Under the pieces are notes generated by a model that searched no databases, was not told the DNA's origin, and worked only from the letters and a program-made list of their open reading frames with translations. A stretch of DNA of 64,000 nucleotides. Source: an uncultured Alphaproteobacteria bacterium (GTDB taxonomy: Bacteria; Pseudomonadota; Alphaproteobacteria; CAVTAV01). Below are positions 9,086 to 17,403 of this stretch, piece after piece. The stretch covers positions 330,387 through 394,386 of the forward strand of contig CAWGFE010000002.1 in the NCBI GenBank assembly GCA_963821875.1, read 5' to 3'. Both the position numbers and the translations under genes were made by a program. Position 1 is the first letter of the stretch. The number at the start of each line of letters is the position of its first letter.

Positions 9086-10453
9086 CTACTTCAGTCCAAT
9101 GATTGCGGTCACGGCTCCCCGAGACCATAGGCCCGCGCGAAAATCTCGATCGGATGATAACTGCGGGCGGGAGTTCTTGCCCGCATCGATCCGCTCCATC
9201 CCCTGCAATATATGATCCGCCGCCAGCGGACATTCGGACGCGACATACTGCTTTTCGGCAGTGACGGCTTGCCGGGCGACCGGCTTGCCGACCTTCATCG
9301 CGACCTCGAAATTCTCCTTCATCACGCCCCAGGATCCGCCATGACCGGAGCAGCGCTCGACCACCCCGACATCGGAATCGGGGATGAGCCGCAACATGTC
9401 CGCCGCCTTCTGGCCCATATTCTGGGCCCGGGCATGACAGGCGAGGTGCACGGTCACGCCGCCATCGAGCCCGTTGAGACCGGGCGCGAGACCCTCTTTC
9501 TTCGAGATGTCGACAATATATTCCGACACGTCGAAGGTATGGCCGGACAGGGCCTTGATGTCCTCATTGTCGGGCACGATCAGCGGCCACTCGAATTTCA
9601 GCATCAGCGCGCAGGACGGCACCAGCGCGATCACGTCGTAGCCCTTGTCGATATAGGGCTTGAGTTCCGCCGTGACCGTCCTGGCGTTCTCGGCGACGGC
9701 TTCCAGATTGCCTTGCTCCAGAAGCGGCATGCCGCAGCATTTCGGATGCACGACGTCGGTTTCGACGCCGTTCTTGGCGAGCACGGCGCGTGTGGCGCTG
9801 CCGATGCCCGGATTGTTGTAATTCACGAAACAGGTGGCATAGAGGACCGCCTTGCGGCCGTAGGCCGGCGCTTCCTTGTTCACCTCGGGAACCTCTTTGC
9901 GGGCCCGGGCCGTGAAGGTGCGGCCGTGGAATTTCGGCAGGGCGGCGTTGCGGTCGATCCCGGCGACGGATTCGAGCACAGGCCGGGTGACCTTGTTCTT
10001 GACGTCCGAGCCCCAGTTCACGATCCCGGAAACCGGCGCGGCCATCTTGCCGTTGCGGTCGGTCTGGGCGAGCTGCCGGGAGGCGAACGGCGTCTCGCCT
10101 TTCCTGTTCTCCACCGCACGGTAACGCAGCATCAGATGGGGAAAATCGAGATCGAATTCGTGGGGCGGAACATAGGGGCATTTGGTCATGAAACACATGT
10201 CGCACAGCGTGCAGGCTTCGACGACCTTGCCGAAATCCTCGCTCTTGACCGCGTCCAGCTCCATGGTCTCGCTCTCGTCGATCATGTCGAAGAGACGCGG
10301 GAAGGAATCGCAGAGATTGAAGCAGCGCCGGCATCCGTGACAGATGTCGAAAACCCGGCGGAGCTCCGAGTCGAGCTTGTCCTCGTCATAGAAGTCCGGA
10401 TTGTGCCAGTCGAGCGCGTGACGGGTCGGCGCATCCAAGCTGCCTTCTGCCAT
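9086..10453 (-). CDS. (Fe-S)-binding protein with 2x[4Fe-4S] ferredoxin motifs and two CCG cysteine-rich domains (HdrD/GlpC/LutA-like)
   Basis: CxxCxxCxxxCP twice (CHGCRRCFNLCDSFP, CTLCDMCFMTKCPYVP), plus CCG-domain cysteines (KCCGMP, VPSCALM, ACHARAQ, ERCSGHGG). 455 aa. Confidence 0.8.
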   Translation of the reverse strand: MAEGSLDAPTRHALDWHNPDFYDEDKLDSELRRVFDICHGCRRCFNLCDSFPRLFDMIDESETMELDAVKSEDFGKVVEACTLCDMCFMTKCPYVPPHEFDLDFPHLMLRYRAVENRKGETPFASRQLAQTDRNGKMAAPVSGIVNWGSDVKNKVTRPVLESVAGIDRNAALPKFHGRTFTARARKEVPEVNKEAPAYGRKAVLYATCFVNYNNPGIGSATRAVLAKNGVETDVVHPKCCGMPLLEQGNLEAVAENARTVTAELKPYIDKGYDVIALVPSCALMLKFEWPLIVPDNEDIKALSGHTFDVSEYIVDISKKEGLAPGLNGLDGGVTVHLACHARAQNMGQKAADMLRLIPDSDVGVVERCSGHGGSWGVMKENFEVAMKVGKPVARQAVTAEKQYVASECPLAADHILQGMERIDAGKNSRPQLSSDRDFRAGLWSRGAVTAIIGLK

Positions 10454-10573
10454 AGTGCGTTTCCTGTGATCAGAAGCGGGGAGTCATTGTCCGGCTGGAG
10501 GCCGGTTGAGATCGACCGGCGGCGGGATCGGGACGGTTTGGGACCATCCCGAACGCCGCCAACCGATGGTCGA

Positions 10574-10993
10574 TTAGTCGAGCGTGTCCAGAGCCTTCTG
10601 GAAGCGGCCGGCGTGAGACCGCTCAGCCTTGGCGAGCGTCTCGAACCAGTCGGCGATTTCGTCGAAGCCTTCGTCGCGAGCTTCTTTCGCCATGCCCGGA
10701 TACATATCGGTATATTCGTGGGTCTCGCCCGCGATCGCAGCCTTGAGGTTCAGCGAGGTGTTGCCGATAGGCTCACCCGTCGCCGGATCGCCGACGGCCT
10801 CGAGGAATTCGAGATGGCCGTGCGCATGGCCGGTTTCGCCTTCCGCCGTCGAGCGGAAAACGGCCGACACGTCGTTGAAGCCTTCGACATCGGCCTTTTG
10901 CGCGAAATAGAGATAACGGCGGTTCGCCTGGCTTTCGCCGGAGAAGGCCTCTTTCAGATTCGTTTCGGTCTTGGTTCCCTTGAGTGATGCCAT
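10574..10993 (-). CDS. Rubrerythrin-family di-iron protein
   Basis: ATG at 10993 with a perfect AAAGGAGAG RBS. The ORF-track TTG at 11011 would place that RBS inside the coding sequence. Ferritin-like ExxH pairs ([19 protein letters not shown]...AKAERSHAG). Confidence 0.85.
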   Translation of the reverse strand: MASLKGTKTETNLKEAFSGESQANRRYLYFAQKADVEGFNDVSAVFRSTAEGETGHAHGHLEFLEAVGDPATGEPIGNTSLNLKAAIAGETHEYTDMYPGMAKEARDEGFDEIADWFETLAKAERSHAGRFQKALDTLD

Positions 10994-11144
10994 TGTGAGC
11001 TCTCCTTTCAAACTCGAACTACGGATTGGTCCTCGGGTTGTCGGCCGGGCCTCGGAGGCCCGCTTACGGCAGTATGACCCCGCCGCATTGGGTATTCAGC
11101 CCTATAGGCGTCAATATGGTGCGGGATAAGACGCTAGTCAATAC

Positions 11145-11161
11145 TTTAGAGAAATTCTAAA
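11145..11161. promoter_or_regulatory. Iron Control Element-like Irr-binding site, TTTAGAG-AAA-TTCTAAA (13/14 match to TTTAGAA-N3-TTCTAAA)
   Basis: Exact sequence tttagagaaattctaaa. It lies about 150 nt upstream of the rubrerythrin ATG and 40 nt past the irr stop. Confidence 0.55.
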
Positions 11162-11200
11162 GCGTTGAATCGAGGATTTTTCGAAAGGAGATAGAGTCGG

Positions 11201-11620
11201 TCAGTTAGCGCGAACGCGGACGATCACGTCGACGCGTTCGACCTCGGTGCCTTCCGGGGGATTGGGCAGGCCCGAAAGAACCATCCGATCAGCCTCGAAG
11301 TCGCACAAAGTGCCTTTATCTTCGATGTAGAAGTGGTGGTGATCGGAGATATTGGTGTCGAAATAGGTTTTGCCGGAATCGACCACGACTTCGCGCAGCA
11401 GTCCCACATTGGTGAACTGATGCAGCGTGTTGTAGACGGTCGCCAGCGATACGCGCACATCGGCGCTGGAGGCTTCGTCATGCAGGGCCTCGGCGGTGAC
11501 ATGGCGGTCCTCGCCGCATTCGAACAACAGCTTCGCCAGAGCAAGGCGTTGACGCGTCGGCCGCAGACCGGCGTCGCGAAGGCGCTTCAAAGCTTGCGAA
11601 AAGGGGCGGGTCGTGTTCAT
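11201..11620 (-). CDS. irr: Iron response regulator Irr (Fur family)
   Basis: 139 aa. Fur-family DNA-binding helix (SLATVYNTLHQF), the HHH motif (DHHHFY) and a C-terminus (VDVIVRVR) typical of rhizobial Irr. Confidence 0.85.
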   Translation of the reverse strand: MNTTRPFSQALKRLRDAGLRPTRQRLALAKLLFECGEDRHVTAEALHDEASSADVRVSLATVYNTLHQFTNVGLLREVVVDSGKTYFDTNISDHHHFYIEDKGTLCDFEADRMVLSGLPNPPEGTEVERVDVIVRVRAN

Positions 11621-11774
11621 GCGCGATCCTAACTCTCAACTCTCTACGGCTACACACCGATGGAAGCGAACGCGTTTTATTTGCGCGCGTCCTACCATTC
11701 TAGATCGGCTGCGCTCCCCCAAATGTCAAGCAGAGCGTCATGGGCAGCGGTTGCGCCGGCCTCATCACCTACGC

Positions 11775-13178
11775 TCAATCGCCCGTCTGAATACGCTCGA
11801 CGAGCTGGCGCACGGTCGGCACGAAGCCGTTCGAATAGAACGGATCCTCGGCGAATTTATAGGCGCCGTGCCCGGCGAACATGAGGTTCTGATCCGGATC
11901 GCCGCCATGGGCGATGTCTATCAGCGTTTTCTGGATGCAGAAGCTGCGCGGATCGGCCTTCCGGCCCGTGCTGTGGGACGCATCCCGCTCCGACCAGTTG
12001 GAGAACTGGCAGGCCGACAGGCAGCCCATGCAGTTGGCCTGATCCTTGCGGATCTCATCGCGCGATTCCGGCGTGACAAAGATCAGCGTCGAATCCGGCG
12101 TCCGCATCACTTCCGTATAGCCTTGGTTGATCCAGCCCATTGCGCGGGTGCGATCCTTCGGGGTCACATAGACGTTGCGCTTGCGCAGGCCGATCGAGAA
12201 TTCCGAGGTGTGCTCGCCCACCGGCTCCATGCTGTAGGAGATCTGGCGTTCCGAGCGCGCCTCCAATTCCTTCAGATAGCTGTTGCGCACGGCGGAGGAA
12301 TAGAACCCGGTCGGACTGAAATCATGCAGCAGGATGTCGCCCTTCTTGAGCGTCATCAACTTCTGCTTCCAGATTTCCGGGATGGGGCTTTCCTTGGTGA
12401 GAAGCGGCCGCGTCCCGTACTGGAAAACGATCGGGCCGAGTTCGGGATTGTCGATCCAGTCCTCCCAGTCGCGCAGATACCAGACGCCGCCGGCCATCAC
12501 GATCGGCGTCTCGCCGAGTCCCATCTCACGCATATATTGGCGAAGCTGAAGCACGCGCGGATAGGGTGATTCCGGCTTGGTCGGATCCTCGCTGTTGCGC
12601 GCCAGGCCATTGTGGCCGCCGGCGAGCCAGGGATCCTCATAGACCACCGCGCCGAGGAATTCCGAAACCTTGTGATAGGCCCGTTTCCACAGCGCCCGGA
12701 AGGCCCGCGCCGAGGAGACGATCGGATAGTAATAAACGCCGTAGCGCGCGGCGATTTCACCGAGGCGGTAGGGCATGCCCGCGCCGCAGGTGACGCCGTT
12801 GATGAGATCCCTGGCGCCGTCGAGCACGCCTTTCAGCACGCGCTCGGCGCCGCCCATCTCCCACAGGATGTTGATATTGATCCCGCCGCATTTGCAGGCC
12901 CGCTCATAGGCCTCGCGGACCTGCGCCAGTCCGCCCTCGACGGCGTAGGCCACGAGTTCCTCGTGCCGGTCGGTGCGGGTCCGCCCATGATAGATCTGCG
13001 GGATGACGTTGCCCTGATCGTCATAGGAATCGGCATTGACGCAGGAAACGGTGCCGACCCCGCCGGCCGCCGCCCAGGCGCCCGAACTGGCGCCATTGGT
13101 GGCCGAGACGCCCTTCCCCCCTTCGATGAGGGGGAGGACCTCCTGTCCAGACAAAAGTACCGAGTTCAGTGACTTCAT
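11775..13178 (-). CDS. Nitronate monooxygenase (2-nitropropane dioxygenase)-family FMN protein with a Cys-rich C-terminal extension
   Basis: 467 aa. NMO-like TIM-barrel glycine motifs (GGKGVSATNGASSG, MAGGVWY) and the C-terminal CMGCLSACQFSNW. The family-level call is tentative. Confidence 0.55.
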   Translation of the reverse strand: MKSLNSVLLSGQEVLPLIEGGKGVSATNGASSGAWAAAGGVGTVSCVNADSYDDQGNVIPQIYHGRTRTDRHEELVAYAVEGGLAQVREAYERACKCGGININILWEMGGAERVLKGVLDGARDLINGVTCGAGMPYRLGEIAARYGVYYYPIVSSARAFRALWKRAYHKVSEFLGAVVYEDPWLAGGHNGLARNSEDPTKPESPYPRVLQLRQYMREMGLGETPIVMAGGVWYLRDWEDWIDNPELGPIVFQYGTRPLLTKESPIPEIWKQKLMTLKKGDILLHDFSPTGFYSSAVRNSYLKELEARSERQISYSMEPVGEHTSEFSIGLRKRNVYVTPKDRTRAMGWINQGYTEVMRTPDSTLIFVTPESRDEIRKDQANCMGCLSACQFSNWSERDASHSTGRKADPRSFCIQKTLIDIAHGGDPDQNLMFAGHGAYKFAEDPFYSNGFVPTVRQLVERIQTGD

Positions 13179-13263
13179 GATTCCCCAGCCGCCATCATGG
13201 ACCGCAATTCATAACGAGAGATTATCAACTAATATGCGGAATCCAAGGGTCGGAGCCTAATTC

Positions 13264-13318
13264 CGTGACATTTCCGTCACGAACCGAAGGTCGATCCGTC
13301 AGGCTTCCTGACGGATCT
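13264..13318 (-). terminator. pnp 3'-end structure. A perfect 11-bp palindrome (gatccgtcagg-cttc-cctgacggatc, 13293-13318) spans the pnp stop codon. A second hairpin (cgtgac-atttcc-gtcacg, 13264-13281) follows it.
   Basis: Seen directly in the sequence. There is no strong U-tract, so this may be a terminator or an RNase-protective 3' structure. Confidence 0.4.
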
Positions 13319-15404
13319 CCTCACCGCTTTCCTGGTCGACGGACTTCATGCTGAGCCGCACTTTGCCGCCCTTGTCGACGTCGAGAACCTTCACCTTGAC
13401 CATGTCGCCTTCCTTGACCACATCGCCGACCTTGGCCACGCGATGCGGCGCCAGTTCGCTGATATGGACCAGTCCGTCGCGGGTCCCGATAAAATTCACA
13501 AAGGCGCCGAAATCCATGATTTTGACGACCTTACCATCATAGATATGTCCGATTTCGGGCTCTGCAACGATGTTCTTGATCCAGTCCACCGCCGCATCGA
13601 TGACCGACAGATCCGCTGCCGCGACCTTGATGGTGCCGTCGTCGCCGATATCCACCTTCGCGCCGGTGGTCTCGACGATCTCGCGGATCACCTTGCCGCC
13701 GGTGCCGATCACTTCGCGGATTTTTTCCTTCGGAATCTGGATCGTCACGATGCGCGGCGCATTGGCGTTGAGTTCGCCGCGCGCCGTGCCGAGCGCCTTG
13801 TTCATCTCGCCGAGGATATGCATCCGGCCGTCCTTCGCCTGATCCAGCGCGATCTGCATGATCTCGCGCGTGATCGAGGTGATCTTGATGTCCATCTGCA
13901 GCGCGGTGACGCCGTCACTGGTGCCCGCGACCTTGAAATCCATGTCGCCGAGATGATCCTCGTCACCGAGAATGTCGGAGAGCACGGCGAAGCGATCGTC
14001 CTCCTTGATGAGGCCCATCGCGATGCCGGCGATCGGGCGCTCCAGCGGCACGCCCGCATCCATCAGCGACAGCGAGGTGCCGCACACCGTCGCCATCGAG
14101 GACGACCCGTTCGATTCCGTGATCTCGGAGACGACGCGGATGGTGTAGGGGAACGCTTCCTTGGACGGGATCAGCGCTTTGACCGCGCGCCAGGCGAGCT
14201 TGCCGTGGCCGATCTCGCGGCGTCCCGGGCCGCCCATCCGTCCGGTCTCACCCACCGAATAGGGCGGGAAGTTATAGTGCAGCATGAAGCTCTCGCGGTA
14301 GCCGCCCGCGAGCGCGTCGACGATCTGCTCGTCCTCGCCCGTGCCGAGCGTGGTGACCACGAGGGCCTGGGTTTCGCCGCGGGTGAACAACGCCGCGCCG
14401 TGAGCGCGCGGCAGCACGCCGACCTCGGCTTGGATCGGCCGCACCGTCTTGGTGTCGCGGCCGTCGATCCGCATCCCGGTATCGAGGATCGAGTTGCGGA
14501 CGATCGTCTTCTCGAGCTTCTTGAACACGCCGCCGCCGACAACCGGATCGATCTCGTCTTCGGCAAGCTGCTCCGCGACCTCGTCACGGATCGCGCCGAC
14601 CGCCTGCTGGCGGGCCATTTTTTCGGGCTCGCCGTAAGCGGCGCGCAGACGCTCTTCGGCGGCCGTCTTGACCCGGTCGTACAGCTCGGAGTTGTCTTCG
14701 ATTTCGAGGTCCCAGGGGGCCTTGGCGCATTTCTCGGCCAGGCGGATGATCGCATCGATCACCGGCTGCATGTTGTCATGGCCGAAATTGACCGCGCCCA
14801 GCATGACTTCTTCCGAAAGCTCCTGGGCCTCGGATTCGACCATCAGAACGCCTTCACCCGTACCGGCGACAATAAGATCGAGCTTGCTCTCCGGCATCTG
14901 GTCGAGCCGGGGATTGAGCACATAATCGCCGTCGACATAGCCGACCCGCGCGCCCGCGACGGGGCCGAGGAACGGCACGCCGGACAGCGTTAGCGCGGCG
15001 CTGGCGCCGATCAGGGCGACGATATCGGGATCGTTTTCCATGTCATGAGACAGCACGGTGCAGATGACCTGCACTTCATTGCGGAATTTCGCCGGGAACA
15101 GGGGCCGGATCGGCCGGTCGATCAGGCGCGAGGTCAGCGTCTCCTTCTCCGAGGGACGCCCTTCGCGCTTGAAAAAACCGCCCGGAATCTTGCCGGCGGC
15201 GAATGTCTTTTCCTGATAATTGACTGTCAGGGGGAAGAAATCGACCCCCGGCCTCGCGGTGCGCGCAGCGACAGCCGTGCACAGCACGGTCGTGTCGTCG
15301 TAACTGACGAGCACGGCGCCATCCGCCTGACGGGCGATATGGCCGGATTCCAGGACGAGCTTGCGGCCGCCCCAGTCGATTTCTTCGCGGTGTATCTCAA
15401 ACAT
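13299..15404 (-). CDS. pnp: Polyribonucleotide nucleotidyltransferase (PNPase)
   Basis: 701 aa. Two RNase PH domains, a KH domain and a C-terminal S1 domain ([16 protein letters not shown]..., ...[15 protein letters not shown]...). Confidence 0.95.
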   Translation of the reverse strand: MFEIHREEIDWGGRKLVLESGHIARQADGAVLVSYDDTTVLCTAVAARTARPGVDFFPLTVNYQEKTFAAGKIPGGFFKREGRPSEKETLTSRLIDRPIRPLFPAKFRNEVQVICTVLSHDMENDPDIVALIGASAALTLSGVPFLGPVAGARVGYVDGDYVLNPRLDQMPESKLDLIVAGTGEGVLMVESEAQELSEEVMLGAVNFGHDNMQPVIDAIIRLAEKCAKAPWDLEIEDNSELYDRVKTAAEERLRAAYGEPEKMARQQAVGAIRDEVAEQLAEDEIDPVVGGGVFKKLEKTIVRNSILDTGMRIDGRDTKTVRPIQAEVGVLPRAHGAALFTRGETQALVVTTLGTGEDEQIVDALAGGYRESFMLHYNFPPYSVGETGRMGGPGRREIGHGKLAWRAVKALIPSKEAFPYTIRVVSEITESNGSSSMATVCGTSLSLMDAGVPLERPIAGIAMGLIKEDDRFAVLSDILGDEDHLGDMDFKVAGTSDGVTALQMDIKITSITREIMQIALDQAKDGRMHILGEMNKALGTARGELNANAPRIVTIQIPKEKIREVIGTGGKVIREIVETTGAKVDIGDDGTIKVAAADLSVIDAAVDWIKNIVAEPEIGHIYDGKVVKIMDFGAFVNFIGTRDGLVHISELAPHRVAKVGDVVKEGDMVKVKVLDVDKGGKVRLSMKSVDQESGEEIRQEA

Positions 15405-15460
15405 CTATCTTCCTAAACCTTCAGTTGCGCCGCTCGGCAGCCTTCCGCCGGCGGCGATCG

Positions 15461-15481
15461 GTCCGTCCCCTATGGACGGAC
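15461..15481 (-). promoter_or_regulatory. Hairpin gtccgtcc-cctat-ggacggac in the rpsO-pnp intergenic leader
   Basis: Seen directly in the sequence. By position it resembles the RNase III-processed pnp leader stem of E. coli. The function is inferred. Confidence 0.3.
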
Positions 15482-15581
15482 TCCGAATAAGTAAACACAA
15501 CAAGGGGCATTCGGGACCGGTCTGCTTTGACCGCCCGGTGAACGCCGTCTCGTCGCTAAGAGCATGATGAACGTCCGGCCT

Positions 15582-15851
15582 CTATCTGCGAATGCCGAGG
15601 CGTTTGATCAAATCTTCGTAACGGCTCGCGTCGGTGCGCTTCAGATGATCGAGAAGGCTGCGACGCTGGCTCACCATCACAAGAAGTCCGCGCCGGGAGT
15701 GATTGTCCTTGGCGTGGCTCTTGAAATGTTCGGTCAGGTTGGCGATGCGTTCCGTGAGGATCGCGACCTGCACCTCGGGCGATCCGGTATCACCGGATTT
15801 ACGGCCATATTCGCTGATGAGCGCCTGCTTGCGCTCTGCGGTAATCGACAT
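15582..15851 (-). CDS. rpsO: 30S ribosomal protein S15
   Basis: 89 aa, [18 protein letters not shown]...LLDHLKR. RBS GGAGAA upstream. Confidence 0.95.
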   Translation of the reverse strand: MSITAERKQALISEYGRKSGDTGSPEVQVAILTERIANLTEHFKSHAKDNHSRRGLLVMVSQRRSLLDHLKRTDASRYEDLIKRLGIRR

Positions 15852-15869
15852 CGGGAGTTCTCCAAACTC

Positions 15870-16775
15870 TTAGAGATTAAAAATACGCAGCGGATGAACC
15901 TCGCCGTCGTGAATTTCGGCCAGCGCGACGAGCCGGTCATCCGACACGACGCGCACGGTTCCCTCTTTGCTACTCGGAACGCGGATAACCTGTCCGCATT
16001 TTACCCTCCGGGCTTCCGGCTCGATCACAGCCAGCGCCGGGATGTCGTCCAGCGCGGTCATGACCGGGATGAGGATCCCGTCGGGCGGCGCACTATCGCT
16101 CAATTCCCTTAATTTATCCAGAGGAATCGAGTCGGCGGCGTCGAAGCGCCCGACGCGGGTGCGCCGCAGGCTCGTCACATGAGCCGCGGTGCCGAGCGCG
16201 CGACCCAGGTCCCGCGCCAGCGAGCGCACATAGGTGCCCTTGCCGCAATCGAGCACGAATTCGGAGGTCTCGCGGGGCGCATCGTCGCCATCATCGAGCA
16301 ATTCGAGGCCGTAGACCTCGACCACGCGGGAGGCCAGCTTCACGTCCTCGCCGCGCCGCGCCAGGTCATACGCGCGCTCGCCGGCCACCTTTATGGCCGA
16401 AAAGGCCGGCGGCGTTTGTTCGATCGAGCCGATAAATCGCGGCAGAACCGCGCGGATCTCCGACGGCGTCGGGCGTTTTTCACTGGTTTCCGTCACCGCG
16501 CCTTCGGCGTCGTCGGTATCGCGGCCCTCGCCCCATTTAACGGTAAAGCGATAGGTCTTGGCCGCCTCCATGACATAGGCGGCGGTCTTGGTCGCCTCAC
16601 CGAAAGCGATGGGCAGCACGCCGGTCGCCAGCGGATCGAGCGTCCCGCCATGGCCGGTCTTCTGCGCGTCGAACAGCCGGCGCACGATATTGACCGCCTG
16701 GGTCGACGTCAGGTCCTCCGGCTTGTCGAGATTGAGCCAGCCGCTGACTGGCCTGCCCTTGCGGCGACGGGCCAT
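15870..16775 (-). CDS. truB: tRNA pseudouridine(55) synthase
   Basis: TruB motifs (GWLNLDKP, GHGGTLDPLATGVL). 301 aa. Confidence 0.9.
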   Translation of the reverse strand: MARRRKGRPVSGWLNLDKPEDLTSTQAVNIVRRLFDAQKTGHGGTLDPLATGVLPIAFGEATKTAAYVMEAAKTYRFTVKWGEGRDTDDAEGAVTETSEKRPTPSEIRAVLPRFIGSIEQTPPAFSAIKVAGERAYDLARRGEDVKLASRVVEVYGLELLDDGDDAPRETSEFVLDCGKGTYVRSLARDLGRALGTAAHVTSLRRTRVGRFDAADSIPLDKLRELSDSAPPDGILIPVMTALDDIPALAVIEPEARRVKCGQVIRVPSSKEGTVRVVSDDRLVALAEIHDGEVHPLRIFNL

Positions 16776-16800
16776 GACTCAGCACCGCCCGCTATATGTG

Positions 16801-16866
16801 TCATTCCCGCGAAAGCAGGAATCCAGCACAGGCATTGAAGGTCGATTCCCGCTTTCGCGGGAATGA
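16801..16866. repeat. Two related palindromic hairpins between rbfA and truB. Copy 1 is tcattcccgc-gaaa-gcaggaat (16801-16822). Copy 2 is attcccgc-tttc-gcgggaat (16845-16864).
   Basis: Seen directly in the sequence. The 8-bp stems are near-identical and the loops are complementary. The unit may be REP-like or an intra-operon attenuator. Confidence 0.5.
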
Positions 16867-16906
16867 CGATGAAGGCGGCGGGTGCGGCGGCGAAACAAAT
16901 GGAGGA

Positions 16907-17341
16907 TCATTCGGTTTCATCCGGATCACCGTCCAGATCCTTCGCAACGCGCGGATCATGCAACAAGGCGTCGATCCGGTCGGCATATTCGAACCGGTCG
17001 TCGATCCGGAACTCGACCCTGGGGGAGAATTTGAGCTTCACGCTGCGTGCCATCCGGCCCCGCACATAGCCGGCGCTACGGTCGAGCGCGGCCAGAACGG
17101 TCTCGCTGTCCTTGCCGCCGAGCGGCAGCACGAAGGCGCGGGCCAATTTGAGGTCCGGCGTCATGCGCACTTCGGTCACGGTGATGGAGACATCGAACAG
17201 CGCGGGATCGCGCAGCTCGCCCCGGGAAAACATGTCGGCCAGCGCATGGCGGATCAGTTCGCCGACGCGCAACTGGCGTTGCGACAGATCGCCCGCCCCG
17301 TCGTTTCTGGCGGCCTTGTGGTCTCTGTGAGACATCGTCAA
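16907..17341 (-). CDS. rbfA: Ribosome-binding factor A
   Basis: 144 aa, SQRQLRVGELIRHALADMF...VEFRIDDRFEYADRID. Confidence 0.9.
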   Translation of the reverse strand: MTMSHRDHKAARNDGAGDLSQRQLRVGELIRHALADMFSRGELRDPALFDVSITVTEVRMTPDLKLARAFVLPLGGKDSETVLAALDRSAGYVRGRMARSVKLKFSPRVEFRIDDRFEYADRIDALLHDPRVAKDLDGDPDETE

Positions 17342-17403
17342 ATCCGATTTTCACCGGCGCGGGCCGGCCGCGCCTCTGGTTCCGGTCGCTCCGACAGCCG
17401 GTG

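Noticed and set aside
9212-10987. Long antisense ORFs in the track, for example 9212..10987 +, 13443..14993 +, 17401..19938 +, 20734..22332 +, 44954..46870 +, 57791..59248 -, 30037..31926 +, 4998..6098 -
   Set aside because: Each lies opposite a well-supported conserved gene and has Arg/Ala/Gly/Pro-rich, low-complexity translations. These are typical shadow ORFs of high-GC DNA with no recognisable motifs.
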